From contig OZ220733.1 in the NCBI GenBank assembly GCA_965116875.1, positions 4,320,001 through 4,384,000 of the forward strand: a DNA stretch of 64,000 nucleotides, written 5' to 3'. This document shows, in pieces, positions 18,958-28,593 of this stretch. The position numbers and the translations under genes are program-made. Below the pieces are notes generated by a model. It was given only the letters and a program-made list of their open reading frames with translations, was not told where the DNA came from and searched no databases. Positions within the stretch are counted from its first letter, which is position 1. The number at the start of each line of letters is the position of its first letter. The stretch comes from Candidatus Latescibacterota bacterium (GTDB taxonomy: Bacteria; Latescibacterota; UBA2968; GCA-2709665).

Positions 18958-20310
18958 CTAAAACGTGCTCTCCGGCGTTGTTTCCGGGCACCAGCGGGCC
19001 GTTGTCAACGCGGGGATGAGCGCATTCATTGCCGCGGGGGTCCCGATTCGTCTGAGCGCCTCGGCGGCGTTTCCGCGTGCGTAACGATTGGCATCCGTCA
19101 ACCCGTCACTCAGTTCCGGAACGGCGGATTCGGCTGCGGGACCCAGTTTGGCCAGAGCCAGCGCGGCGGTGAGGCGCACGTCGCCGTCGCTGTCCTTCAT
19201 CTGCTTCTTCAGGCCCGATACCGCGGCGGGCTCCGCCAGTGCGACGTTACCGAGGGCTTCGGCCGACCACCGGCGGACCTCGGGATCCTCGTGTTCCAGG
19301 GTGTCGACCAGCCGCGGGACGGCCTCTTCGGCGCCTCCGCCTATATCCGCCAGGATCTGGACGGCCTGGGCAGCGTCGTGTCCCAGCCTCCCAACCAGGC
19401 TCGGAACCGCCGGGGCGCCGATGGCGCTGAGGGCGTAGGCCGCGTTGCGTCGCACGGACTCGGATCCGTCGTCCAGAAAACTCGAAAGGGTGGGAATGGC
19501 GGGGGTACCTATCCCGGCGAGGCGGTAGGCGGCATTCAGGGCCGTGTTCTCATGCTCGTCGACAAGGTCCCGCGCGGTGTCTGCCACCGACGCGTTCAGG
19601 CCGTTCGCGGACGGACGTCCCCGGTGCCAGTCCCAAAGGTGGTTCCACAGCAAAGCGCGGTCATCCGAGCGCGTCCAGCCACGGTGTGCGGGGCCCTCGT
19701 TCGCGGCTCCCCGCCAGCTCGGAGCATCCGGTTCCTTCATCCGGGTAAAAAGGAATTTCATCATATAACGGGGCGCGTCGCTGGAATTCGGCATCGCCCG
19801 GTGCCACAGGTCGTAGTGTACGATCGTGACGTCGCCCGCGTCCCCGCAAAGCGGTAATTCTTCGCTCGCATCGGCGTCACAGGTGTTGTTGAAGTGGCTG
19901 CCCGGCACGACGCCGGTAGGTCCCAGGCTTATCGGCGTGGGCTGGGGGTAATAGAACGCCATCGCCCACCGGGTGTGGTGGTGCCGCCGGTTCCAGCCGT
20001 CCATATGCATCCGCTGCCCGGTGCTCCCGGGCGGGTTGGCGTGGCAATGGCGGTGGGGATGCATGGAATAGTCGGCGCCCAGAAGGCCCGTGAGCGCGCC
20101 GACGACGTTGGGATCCTGGAAGACCAATTGGATTTCCGGCAGCCTGGGCAGAAGGTTGTTCCCGGGATTTCCCTCTTTTTGGAATATGTCGTCGGTGCGT
20201 TGGAAGATGTCGGCGTGAAATTCCGGAGGAAGCTCGGTCTTGACGGAAATGAACCCGTTGACGACGTAGAACCGCATCTGTTCGTCGGTTAGCAGCTTGA
20301 TTTCTCGCAT
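18958..20310 (-). CDS. Phytanoyl-CoA dioxygenase (PhyH)-family Fe(II)/2OG oxygenase fused to HEAT/PBS-lyase repeats
   Basis: HxD (MHMDG), GPTGVVPGSH and distal His (DLWHRA), followed by VRRNAAYAL..IG, VRRWSAEALG and VRLTAALAL repeats. Confidence 0.85.
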   Translation of the reverse strand: MREIKLLTDEQMRFYVVNGFISVKTELPPEFHADIFQRTDDIFQKEGNPGNNLLPRLPEIQLVFQDPNVVGALTGLLGADYSMHPHRHCHANPPGSTGQRMHMDGWNRRHHHTRWAMAFYYPQPTPISLGPTGVVPGSHFNNTCDADASEELPLCGDAGDVTIVHYDLWHRAMPNSSDAPRYMMKFLFTRMKEPDAPSWRGAANEGPAHRGWTRSDDRALLWNHLWDWHRGRPSANGLNASVADTARDLVDEHENTALNAAYRLAGIGTPAIPTLSSFLDDGSESVRRNAAYALSAIGAPAVPSLVGRLGHDAAQAVQILADIGGGAEEAVPRLVDTLEHEDPEVRRWSAEALGNVALAEPAAVSGLKKQMKDSDGDVRLTAALALAKLGPAAESAVPELSDGLTDANRYARGNAAEALRRIGTPAAMNALIPALTTARWCPETTPESTF

Positions 20311-20332
20311 GGGAGAACCTCTCTCGTGGACG

Positions 20333-21520
20333 TCACGACCGGTGGCGCCCGGGTTGACAGGGATGCGCCAGCAGGGCTTCTTCCACGACTTCCGTGCCCC
20401 AACCCGGCCCGTCCGGGACCGCCATGCGTCCGTCGACGATTGTTGGCGGTTTCGTGACGAGGTCGTCTTTCCAGGGCACGTCGTCGATGTCGATTTCCAT
20501 GATGCGCACGTTGGGAAGCACCCCGCAAAGGCTCGCGCTGATGAACGATGCGAGGTGACTGTAGTAGTTGTGCGGGGCGACGTTCAACTGAAAGACTTCA
20601 GCGAGATCTCCGATTTTCCTGGACTGGGAGAATCCGTTCCAGGGTACATCGACCATGTACACGTCGGCCGCATGGCGTTCAAAATAGGGAAGATAACCGC
20701 GCATGTGAAACAGATTCTCGCCGGTGCAGATGGGCGTGGCGGTGGACTGCTTTATCGCAAGGATGGCATCCGGATCGTACATGTCGATTTCAAGCCAGAG
20801 CAGGTTGAAAGGTTCCAGGATTTTCGCGATTCGCCTGCAGGCCTCCGGCTTGAAGTTGAAATTGAGGTCCAGGTTCAGGTCGACGTGGGGCCCAACGGCA
20901 TCACGAAAAGTACCCACCAGAGTCTCGATATGCGACAGCAGCCGGTTCGATATCGCCTGGTCGGTCGTGCCGGGTCCGCCCCCAAAGCCGGGAAAGTAGA
21001 CGGAACCGGGATCGCCGGGCATCAGAATGTTGGTTTTAAGCGCCGTGAAGCCTCTCCGCACCACTTCCCGGCCCAGCGCGGCCACGTCGTCCAGGTTGCG
21101 CAGCGGCGGGGTCCCGATGAGTTCGTGCGCCCGGATCCTGCTGGTGCCGCAATGCGACCAGTACAGCCGGACGTCTTCCCGCGTGGGTCCGCCGAACAGT
21201 TCCACAACGGAAATGCCGAGGGCCCGAGCCTTGATGTCCACCAGGGCCAGTTCGATACCCGCAATGGCTTTCATGGTCGCGCCGTCCGGACTCTGGCGGC
21301 TCCGTCTGACCATGTCCTGGAATCTCATTTCAAACGGGCGCGGGTCCCTCCCGATCAGCACTGGCTCGAGGTCCTTCACCGCGCCTGCGACGCTTAGGGG
21401 CATCTTGTCGTCGCTGCATTCGCCCCAGCCCGTGATTCCGCTGTCGGTTTCCACCCTGACGAACAACCAGGATCGCCAGCCCGCGTCCACGTGGAACGTC
21501 CGGATATCGGTGATGCGCAT
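20333..21520 (-). CDS. Mandelate racemase/muconate lactonizing enzyme family (acid-sugar dehydratase-like)
   Basis: VRVETDSGITGWGE, ELALVDIKA, ALKTN, metal ligands D/E/E (DLN, WLE, TGEN), APHN and PGWG. Confidence 0.9.
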   Translation of the reverse strand: MRITDIRTFHVDAGWRSWLFVRVETDSGITGWGECSDDKMPLSVAGAVKDLEPVLIGRDPRPFEMRFQDMVRRSRQSPDGATMKAIAGIELALVDIKARALGISVVELFGGPTREDVRLYWSHCGTSRIRAHELIGTPPLRNLDDVAALGREVVRRGFTALKTNILMPGDPGSVYFPGFGGGPGTTDQAISNRLLSHIETLVGTFRDAVGPHVDLNLDLNFNFKPEACRRIAKILEPFNLLWLEIDMYDPDAILAIKQSTATPICTGENLFHMRGYLPYFERHAADVYMVDVPWNGFSQSRKIGDLAEVFQLNVAPHNYYSHLASFISASLCGVLPNVRIMEIDIDDVPWKDDLVTKPPTIVDGRMAVPDGPGWGTEVVEEALLAHPCQPGRHRS

Positions 21521-21576
21521 TTATCCTGCCCTTTCGTATGTCCCCGGCCGCCGGTCCTGCCGTATCAGAACAAAGA

Positions 21577-21605
21577 AACAGGGGGCGCGTGCCCGGCCCC
21601 CTGTT
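21577..21605 (-). terminator. Probable intrinsic terminator after glnA
   Basis: AACAGGGGGC...GCCCCCTGTT stem followed by a U-rich tract on the minus strand. Confidence 0.65.
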
Positions 21606-21634
21606 CGTGTCGCGTGTGTGTCGTGTGTACGGGA

Positions 21635-23053
21635 TTACGCATCGAAATACAGCGCGAATTCGTACGGATGCGGCCTCAGTCGCATCTCGTCGATTTCATT
21701 CTTGCGCTTGTAGTCGATCCAGCTGTCAACCACGTCTCTGGTGAACACGTCTCCCTCGAGAAGGAAATCGTGATCGGATTCGAGGGCGTTGATGGCTTCT
21801 TCCAGCGATCCGCACGTCTGGGGGACTCTGGCCATGTCTTCCGGTTCCAGTTCATAGAGGTCCATGTCCAGTGGTTCACCCGGGTCGATCCGGTTCCGGA
21901 TGCCATCCAGGCCGGCCATGAGCATGGCCGCAAAGGCCAGGTAGGGGTTGCAGGACGGGTCCGGGCAGCGGAACTCCATTCGCTTGGCTTTGGGACTGGG
22001 GGAATACATCGGGATCCGGACGCAAGCACTTCGGTTTCGCTTGGAGTAGGCCAGGTTGACCGGGGCTTCGTATCCGGGCACCAGGCGTTTGTAGGAGTTG
22101 GTGGTCGGCGCGACAAATGCCAGTAACGCGTTCGCATGCTTCAGGATCCCGCCGATATAGTGCAGCGCCATGTCGCTGAGTCCGGCGTATTCGGAACCCG
22201 CAAAGAGGGGCTCGCCGTCCTTCCAGAGGCTCTGGTGTACGTGCATCCCGGTACCGTTGTCCTGGAAGAGCGGCTTGGGCATGAACGTGGCCGTCCTTCC
22301 GTGTTTCCGTGCGGTGTTTTTGACGATGTACTTATAAAGGATCAGTTTGTCGGCGCACTTCAGCAACGGTGCGAACCTGAAGTCGATCTCTGCCTGGCCG
22401 CCGGTCGCCACCTCGTGATGGTGGGCTTCGACTTCGATTCCGCAGTTGAGCATATGCAGGACCATCTCACTCCGGATATCCTGAAGGCTGTCGGTGGGCG
22501 GCACCGGGAAGTACCCCTCTTTGTACCGGGGTTTGTAGCCCAGGTTCGGCTGTTCGTCACGCCCGGTATTCCAGCGGCCTTCAACTGAATCGACGTAATA
22601 ATAGCCCGTATTGTTCGTCTGGTCGAAACGGACGTCGTCGAAGACGAAGAACTCCGCCTCGGGACCGAAGGTCGCCTCGTCTGCGATGCCGGTTTCCCTG
22701 AGATAGATTTCGGCCCTTCGCGCCACGGTACGTGGATCACGGGTGTATTGCCCTCTCGTGATCGGATCCTGTATCTCGCAGAACATCGCGAGCGTGGGAA
22801 TCTCAAGGAAAGGATCGACGAAGGCCGTATCGGGCTCGGGCATCACGAGCAGGTCGCTCTCGTGGATGGACTGCCAGCCGCGCATGCTGGAACCGTCGAA
22901 GCCGAGGCCGTCTTCGAAGGTGTCGTCCTCGACTTCCTCCGCGGGCACGGAAAAGTGCTGCCAGAGCCCCGGATAGTCCGTAAAGCGGAAATCCACGATT
23001 TTTACGTTGTTTTCCTTGATCATGTCAAGGACGTCTTGAGGCGTCTTGCCCAT
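21635..23053 (-). CDS. glnA: Glutamine synthetase type I
   Basis: [29 protein letters not shown]...[33 protein letters not shown] and adenylylation-region DLY. Confidence 0.98.
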   Translation of the reverse strand: MGKTPQDVLDMIKENNVKIVDFRFTDYPGLWQHFSVPAEEVEDDTFEDGLGFDGSSMRGWQSIHESDLLVMPEPDTAFVDPFLEIPTLAMFCEIQDPITRGQYTRDPRTVARRAEIYLRETGIADEATFGPEAEFFVFDDVRFDQTNNTGYYYVDSVEGRWNTGRDEQPNLGYKPRYKEGYFPVPPTDSLQDIRSEMVLHMLNCGIEVEAHHHEVATGGQAEIDFRFAPLLKCADKLILYKYIVKNTARKHGRTATFMPKPLFQDNGTGMHVHQSLWKDGEPLFAGSEYAGLSDMALHYIGGILKHANALLAFVAPTTNSYKRLVPGYEAPVNLAYSKRNRSACVRIPMYSPSPKAKRMEFRCPDPSCNPYLAFAAMLMAGLDGIRNRIDPGEPLDMDLYELEPEDMARVPQTCGSLEEAINALESDHDFLLEGDVFTRDVVDSWIDYKRKNEIDEMRLRPHPYEFALYFDA

Positions 23054-23154
23054 GCTGCGGCTCCTTTCGGATGTGAGTCATTGTCTGGTCTCTACAGATG
23101 TCAGGACGTGTTTGGAATGGCGCAAATATACGGGGCATACATTTCGTATAGATT

Positions 23155-23182
23155 GCTATTATGTTAAATCCATGTTAATAGC
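23155..23182. promoter_or_regulatory. Candidate operator upstream of glnA
   Basis: GCTATTA-N14-TAATAGC inverted repeat overlapping two ATGTTAA direct repeats 11 bp apart. Confidence 0.45.
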
Positions 23183-23289
23183 GGTACCGTCCAACCTGAG
23201 CGCGCGATGCCGGCCGCGCCCCGTCGGCAATGTCCCGAAACCGATACGGAGCAGCGCATTTTCGCCGCTTCGGATCTGCCGCAAAAGGC

Positions 23290-23318
23290 TTGACAATAAA
23301 CCTGCATTCCTTTATCAT
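23290..23318 (+). promoter_or_regulatory. Sigma70-type promoter upstream of hrcA
   Basis: TTGACA-17 nt-TATCAT. Confidence 0.7.
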
Positions 23319-23543
23319 TTGTGGGAATTATGGATTTATGCGAACTCCGAAAGCCTGAAGCTGCTCCTGTCGTCCGGCATGCCGGTTGCGTCACCCTTCA
23401 CGTGGTCCTCTCTCCTCCGGAAGAAGCCATCTACACACATAGTTCGTTATTCTTCGACTCAACGGGCATCTCCTCCGGCCCCGTCGTTTTATTCTGACGC
23501 CTTGTCTTCTGTCCCGCAGTCTGTCCGCGGGACGGGAAATTTG

Positions 23544-23731
23544 AGAAGCTGTTTTAAAATTACCGGTGAGTTCCAGAGCGCGAGCGAAAAAGTGGCGGTC
23601 AAGGCGGGAATACCCGGCTATGAGAGGCGAGCAAGCGCAGCCTCGATCTCGTAAGACGGGCGGGTTTGACCAACGCCGACCGGCGCTTTTGCAGCCGTGC
23701 GAAAACCGCTGGGAATTTTAAGACAGCTTCT
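23544..23731 (+). mobile_element. MITE-like TIR element family A
   Basis: TIR AGAAGCTGTTTTAAAATT / AATTTTAAGACAGCTTCT; inverted copy at 30005-30168, partial copy at 8856-8906. Confidence 0.85.
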
Positions 23732-23748
23732 AAGGATTGGTGGGTCGT

Positions 23749-24780
23749 ATGATGCAGCTACAGCAGCGTGAAGCCGCCATTCTGGATATTCTTATCAGCA
23801 GGCATATCAATACCGGAGAGCCCGTGGGGTCGCGCGCCATCGCCAGGTCGGGCCTGGGGCTCAGTTCCGCCACGGTACGCAATTCCATGGCCGACCTGGA
23901 GGAAAAGGGCCTGCTCACCCATCCGCACACGTCGGCCGGCCGCGTTCCCACGGACGAAGGCTACCGCTATTACGTCGACAAAGTGATGCCCAGACAGACG
24001 ATCCGGGAGGAGGAGCGCGAACAGATCCGCGAGCGGGTCAGGGCATACGTCCGCGAGGGGGATATCGAAGCCTTGCTGGAGCAGATGTCCCGGTTGATCG
24101 CGGATCTCTCGATGAATCTGGGAATGGTTCTCTCGCCGAGGTTCGAGCGGGGCGTGTTCGACCGTCTGGAAATGGTCCATCTGTCTGAAGGCAGGCTGCT
24201 GCTGGTTCTTGCAATCAAGTCGGGGCTGGTGAAGACGATGGTGATGGAGGTGGATTCGGCCATATCACCCGGCGAGCTGGATGAGACGTCGCGGGCGGTG
24301 AACGAACGCCTGTCCGGACTCAGCGTGGCGGAAATCAGAGACTCGGTCGCAGAGCGGCTCCGTGAGGTCTCGAGCGGATCTCCCAGACTTTTGCGTGTGC
24401 TTTGTGACAGCGCGTCGAACCTTTTCCGGTTTCAGAGCGGAATGGATCTGCATTTCGGTGGCGCCGGCAACTTTATCATGCATCCGGAGTTCAACCGCAA
24501 GAAGAACGACCTGGCCGCCCTGATGGAACTGCTCGAAGCCCGGGAACCGATGATCACCATTCTGGACGAACGGACCGAGCACGACGGGATTTCCGTGACG
24601 ATCGGCGCCGAGAATGATCCGCCGCAACTCCGGGGCTGCAGCGTACTCACGTCGAGATACCGCGTTGGCGCCATTTCGGGTGTCATCGGGCTGATCGGAC
24701 CGACGCGCATCCCGTATGCGAGGCTCATTCCCCTCACCCGGTATATGGCGACCCTGGCGGAGGAAATGCTGGATCAATAG
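23749..24780 (+). CDS. hrcA: Heat-inducible transcription repressor HrcA
   Basis: GEPVGSR, SSATVRNSMADLEE.GLL.HPHTSAGRVPT..GYRYYVD and IGPTRI.Y. Confidence 0.97.
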   Translation: MMQLQQREAAILDILISRHINTGEPVGSRAIARSGLGLSSATVRNSMADLEEKGLLTHPHTSAGRVPTDEGYRYYVDKVMPRQTIREEEREQIRERVRAYVREGDIEALLEQMSRLIADLSMNLGMVLSPRFERGVFDRLEMVHLSEGRLLLVLAIKSGLVKTMVMEVDSAISPGELDETSRAVNERLSGLSVAEIRDSVAERLREVSSGSPRLLRVLCDSASNLFRFQSGMDLHFGGAGNFIMHPEFNRKKNDLAALMELLEAREPMITILDERTEHDGISVTIGAENDPPQLRGCSVLTSRYRVGAISGVIGLIGPTRIPYARLIPLTRYMATLAEEMLDQ

Positions 24781-24801
24781 CAGGAGGATACCCGTAAGAA
24801 T

Positions 24802-25419
24802 ATGGTGAACCCTGACGAAGTCAACGGCGAGGAGACGCAGGAGGAAACCGCCGAACCGGAAGGTGGTGGGGAAGCGGAGGCTTCCTGCGAAGAAGACGCA
24901 CCGGATCCGCATGAAGAAGCCCTCCGCGTGTCCGAAGAGTACAAGGACCGGTGGATGCGCCTGGCGGCCGAGTTCGACAATTACAAGAAGCGGAGGACGA
25001 GGGAGTTCGATGCCCTGATTCAGTCGGCCAGCGAAAACCTGATTCGGGACCTGCTGCCCGTTCTCGACTCGGTCGCGCGTGCGCTGGAGCACAGCGCCGA
25101 CGGCGAGGAGGATTCCGATGGGTTCAGACAGGGCGTGGCCATGATCATGGAGGAGTTCCCCAAAGTCCTCCAGCGTCGCGGTCTTTCCGAGATCGAGGCC
25201 GCGGGGCAGCCGTTCGATCCCAACTTTCATGAAGCGCTGATGCAGATGACGTCCGAAGATCACGCGGAAGGGCTCGTGATGGCCGTGGTGGAACGCGGGT
25301 ACCGTATTGGCGAAAAGGTGATCCGGCCTGCCAGGGTCGTCGTGAGTGGAGGAAGCGCCGGCGAGGAGTCCGAGAGCGAGGAAGAGGGCGAGAAGGAGAG
25401 TGAAGCGCGGCAATCCTGA
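24802..25419 (+). CDS. grpE: Nucleotide exchange factor GrpE
   Basis: RLAAEFDNYKKR, LLPVLD, FDPNFHEAL and GY.IGEKVIRPARVVV. Confidence 0.96.
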   Translation: MVNPDEVNGEETQEETAEPEGGGEAEASCEEDAPDPHEEALRVSEEYKDRWMRLAAEFDNYKKRRTREFDALIQSASENLIRDLLPVLDSVARALEHSADGEEDSDGFRQGVAMIMEEFPKVLQRRGLSEIEAAGQPFDPNFHEALMQMTSEDHAEGLVMAVVERGYRIGEKVIRPARVVVSGGSAGEESESEEEGEKESEARQS

Positions 25420-25470
25420 GCAGGGCCGGAATCCGGCTCTGTTCTCTGTTTTGCCCCACGGGAATGAAAC

Positions 25471-26628
25471 ATGTCCAAGCGTGACTATTATGACGTTCTT
25501 GGCGTGCAGCGCGACGCGACCGAGGGCGACATCAAGAAAGCCTATCGCAAGCAGGCGATGAAGTATCATCCGGACCGGAACGCGGGCGATGAAGAGGCCG
25601 CGGCCAGTTTCAAGGAGGCCGCGGAAGCGTACGAAGTCCTGGGCGACGCCCGGAAACGCCAGGTTTACGACCAGTACGGGCACGCGGGCCTGGGCGGTCC
25701 GTTCCAGGGCGGCGGCTTTCAGTGGTCCGACTTTACCCACGCAACCGATTTTGAAGACATCTTCTCCAACCTGGACGACGTGTTCGGCGGCGGGATTCTG
25801 GGCGATCTGTTCGGCCGCCGCGGGGGCCGGCGCGGTCCACAGCGCGGGGAAGACCTCCGCATACCGGTCCGCCTGACCCTCGAGGAAATCGCGTCTGGCG
25901 CCCGGAAGAGGATCCGGTTTGCCCGCATGGACAGGTGCGACACGTGCGCCGGAAGCGGGGCCCGTTCCGGGGCCGCGGCCAGGACCTGCAGCGTCTGCAA
26001 CGGGATGGGGCAGGTGCGTCAGGCCACGAGGTCTCTGTTCGGGCAATTCGTAAACGTCACCGCGTGCCCCCAATGTAACGGCGAAGGCAAGGTGATCGGC
26101 GACCGCTGTTCCGACTGCGGCGGCGAAGGACGGGCGAAGAAGACCGTCAGTCTGTCCGTCAATATCCCTGCGGGCGTGACCGACGGCAACTACATCCCGT
26201 TACGGGGGCAGGGGAGCGTCGGGCCCAGGGACGGGACCGCGGGCGACTGTATGGTGGTGATCGAAGAAGCGGAGCATGAGCATTTCGAGCGGCACGGCAA
26301 CGACATTCTCTATGAATTGCCCATAAGCTTCAGCCAGGCCGCGCTCGGCGCGGAGGTCACCGTGCCCACACTGAACAGCAGGGCCGAGATGAAGATCCCG
26401 GAAGGGACCCAGTCCGGGCAGGTTTTTCGCCTGAAGGGCAAGGGGATACCGGAACTGAACGGATATGGTACAGGAGACCAGCTGGTCCGCGTGATGGTCT
26501 GGACGCCCGCTCGTCTGAACGAGGAAGAGAAGACGCTGTTCAGGCAGCTTGCCGAACTCGAAAGCATCCAGCCTCCCGAAGGCGGAAAGGGCCTGTTCGA
26601 ACGCATGAAGGAGGCGTTCGGCGCGTAA
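25471..26628 (+). CDS. dnaJ: Chaperone DnaJ
   Basis: J domain with HPD, G/F-rich region, four CxxCxGxG repeats and the C-terminal domain. Confidence 0.98.
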   Translation: MSKRDYYDVLGVQRDATEGDIKKAYRKQAMKYHPDRNAGDEEAAASFKEAAEAYEVLGDARKRQVYDQYGHAGLGGPFQGGGFQWSDFTHATDFEDIFSNLDDVFGGGILGDLFGRRGGRRGPQRGEDLRIPVRLTLEEIASGARKRIRFARMDRCDTCAGSGARSGAAARTCSVCNGMGQVRQATRSLFGQFVNVTACPQCNGEGKVIGDRCSDCGGEGRAKKTVSLSVNIPAGVTDGNYIPLRGQGSVGPRDGTAGDCMVVIEEAEHEHFERHGNDILYELPISFSQAALGAEVTVPTLNSRAEMKIPEGTQSGQVFRLKGKGIPELNGYGTGDQLVRVMVWTPARLNEEEKTLFRQLAELESIQPPEGGKGLFERMKEAFGA

Positions 26629-26699
26629 CGTCCGTTATCGGCAAATTCGTATCCAACGCCGAAGAACACGGTGTGCGATCGCTGCATCGCGCGTTTCGC

Positions 26700-26883
26700 T
26701 TCTTTCGCAGTTTCGTATTCTCGTTTCTTCGTATTTTCGTCTTCTCGCAGTTTCGTCTATTCGCATTCTCGTAGTTTCGCTTATTCGTAATCTCGTATTC
26801 TCGCAGTTTCGTCTTTTTGTAGATTCGCCTTTTCGTAGTCTCGTATTCTCGTTCATTCGTTTCTACACAGTCTCGTAGTTTCT
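26700..26883. repeat. Degenerate 8-bp tandem array (23 units, consensus YNNNNTCG)
   Basis: Strict 8-bp phasing; TCG closes 20 of 23 units (e.g. CAGTTTCG, TATTCTCG, TAGTCTCG). Confidence 0.9.
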
Positions 26884-28319
26884 CATGCCAGCCTTGGGAA
26901 AAGGGGCTGGCTTTTTTGTATCCGCGATTTTGAGAAACCGGTCTCAATTCTACACGCTGTACCAGGAAGAAAGGGTCTCAAACCACGCGATATACCCAGA
27001 ACGGAACCGATCCAGGCCGAGAGGTGTTCATTCAACCTTTCGGACTTCTGCTTTTTCAGGAGTTCCCACGGTCGTGCCGCGTCGATTTCGCGGTTCAGCT
27101 TTCCGATGCGGACCCAGATGGCCCGGAGTGCGCCGGCGAAGTCGAACCTGTCCAGCGCGGCGCTTACGTCGGGCGGAATCCGGGTGTCGCGCGTCTCCAC
27201 CGGACCGTGACCGGACCTCTCGCAGAGCGATTCCAGCCGGCGTACCAGGTTGCCCAGGCCATTCGCCAGTTCCGTATTGTAGAGGTCCCGGAGCCGGGCT
27301 TCCGATACGTCTCCGTCCTCCCCGGAGCGTACGGCGCGGAGCAGGTAGTACCGGAGGGCGTCCGAGCCGTATTGCCGGATCAGAGGGAAAGGATCCACGG
27401 CGTTTCCATGGGACTTGCCGATCTTGCGACCCTCGACGGTCAGGTGTCCGTGGACGAAGAGGGTCCCTGGCAGCGGCAGGCCGGCCGAGAGCAACAGGGC
27501 CGGCCAGTAGATCGCGTGGAATTTGAGGATGTCTTTTCCGATCACGTGGATCCTGTCGGGGCAGTTCTTCCAGAAGCGTTCGAAACTGGCTGCGTTCGAT
27601 CCATAGCCCGGTCCGGAAAGATAGTTGGTCAGGGCGTCGAACCACACGTACATCACCTGCGTCGCATCTCCCGGAACGGGCACGCCCCAGCCTCCCGATC
27701 GCTCCCGATTGCGTGAAATGCTGAAATCCCGCAGTCCCCGGCGGATGAATCCAAGCGCTTCGTTTCGCCGGGTCTCAGGCAGAATGCGCAACTTTCCGGA
27801 CGCGATCAGGGTCTCAAGCACCTTCTGATAGGCGGACAGGCGGAAGAAATAGTTCGTTTCCTCGACGGGCTCGAGCTCGACGCCGTGTACGGGGCACCGT
27901 CCGTCCGTCAGGTCCCGTTTCAGATAGAAGTCCTCGCAGCCCACGCAATACAGACCCCGGTATTGTTTGAGTACGATATCCTCCTTGCGGCAGGCAAGCC
28001 AGAACCGGGAGGCCCCGCGGAAGTGCACATCGCAGGTGGAGCGAATAAAGCGACTGTGAGAGATATCGAGGGCGCCGGCGAGTTCCTGGAAGACCGCTGC
28101 GTTCCGGTCGCATAGCTGCCGGGGCGTCAGGCCTTCATTCGCGGCGGCCTGTACGTTCTTGAATGCGTTCTCGTCTGTACCTGTAAGCAGGAACGCGTCG
28201 TCGCCCTGCAGCCGGCGCCAGCGGGCGATCACGTCGGCCTGAACGAGTTCCAGCGCGAAACCCACGTGCGGCCGCGCGTTGACGTAGGGAATGGACGTCG
28301 ATACATAGCAGGACTTCAT
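26883..28319 (-). CDS. metG: Methionine--tRNA ligase, short form without the C-terminal tRNA-binding domain
   Basis: STSIPYVNA.PHVG, LTGTDEN, Y.GLYC..CE.F, EE.NYFFRLS, YVWFDAL.NY, IGKDILKFHAIYWPA, KIGKS.GN, LANGLGNL..R and PW. Confidence 0.93.
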   Translation of the reverse strand: MKSCYVSTSIPYVNARPHVGFALELVQADVIARWRRLQGDDAFLLTGTDENAFKNVQAAANEGLTPRQLCDRNAAVFQELAGALDISHSRFIRSTCDVHFRGASRFWLACRKEDIVLKQYRGLYCVGCEDFYLKRDLTDGRCPVHGVELEPVEETNYFFRLSAYQKVLETLIASGKLRILPETRRNEALGFIRRGLRDFSISRNRERSGGWGVPVPGDATQVMYVWFDALTNYLSGPGYGSNAASFERFWKNCPDRIHVIGKDILKFHAIYWPALLLSAGLPLPGTLFVHGHLTVEGRKIGKSHGNAVDPFPLIRQYGSDALRYYLLRAVRSGEDGDVSEARLRDLYNTELANGLGNLVRRLESLCERSGHGPVETRDTRIPPDVSAALDRFDFAGALRAIWVRIGKLNREIDAARPWELLKKQKSERLNEHLSAWIGSVLGISRGLRPFLPGTACRIETGFSKSRIQKSQPLFPRLA

Positions 28320-28336
28320 AGCGAATCCTTTCCGAT

Positions 28337-28377
28337 AAAAAAAGAAAAACCCACCGCCGATCCGCCGGCGGTGGGTT
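28337..28377 (-). terminator. Intrinsic terminator in the metG leader (attenuator)
   Basis: Minus strand AACCCACCGCCG-GCGGAT-CGGCGGTGGGTT then TTTCTTTTTTT, ending just before the metG RBS GGAAAGGA. Confidence 0.9.
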
Positions 28378-28406
28378 GGTCGATTCCGATACCAATGTCA
28401 TTCAGT

Positions 28407-28568
28407 TCAAGTCATGGGATGCTCCGCCGCGGGACGTCCGATAGAAATAGAGGACATCATGCACATCGAACTCGCAGCGACACGGGTCCACGCAATGCCG
28501 TGCGGACCGGATGAAGGTCGTTCCGAAACACCCGACCTGATGACTGAAAACTGAACGGATTTCATCAT
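28407..28568 (-). CDS. Putative metG leader peptide (53 aa) with an M-C-M-M cluster
   Basis: Hand translation MMKSVQFSVIRSGVSERPSSGPHGIAWTRVAASSMCMMSSISIGRPAAEHPMT*; GGGAG RBS; lies between the promoter and the terminator; not in the ORF track. Confidence 0.65.
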   Translation of the reverse strand: MMKSVQFSVIRSGVSERPSSGPHGIAWTRVAASSMCMMSSISIGRPAAEHPMT

Positions 28569-28593
28569 AAGCTCCCGTTATTGTGCGGGCGTA

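Noticed and set aside
24265-26073. 602-aa antisense ORF, and similar long shadow ORFs such as 33746-35740, 49351-50895 and 31660-33042
   Set aside because: They are antisense to well-supported genes, as expected in high-GC DNA.
26700-26883. CRISPR array
   Set aside because: The period is 8 bp with no repeat-spacer structure, and there are no cas genes.
26540-26947. Minus-strand ORFs rich in R/K/E/N/T
   Set aside because: They are translations of the 8-bp array and overlap dnaJ or metG; no RBS support.
28330-28590. T-box or SAM riboswitch ahead of metG
   Set aside because: No GGTGGNACCGCG T-box or SAM-I core was seen by eye; the leader-peptide model fits better. An Rfam scan is still needed.
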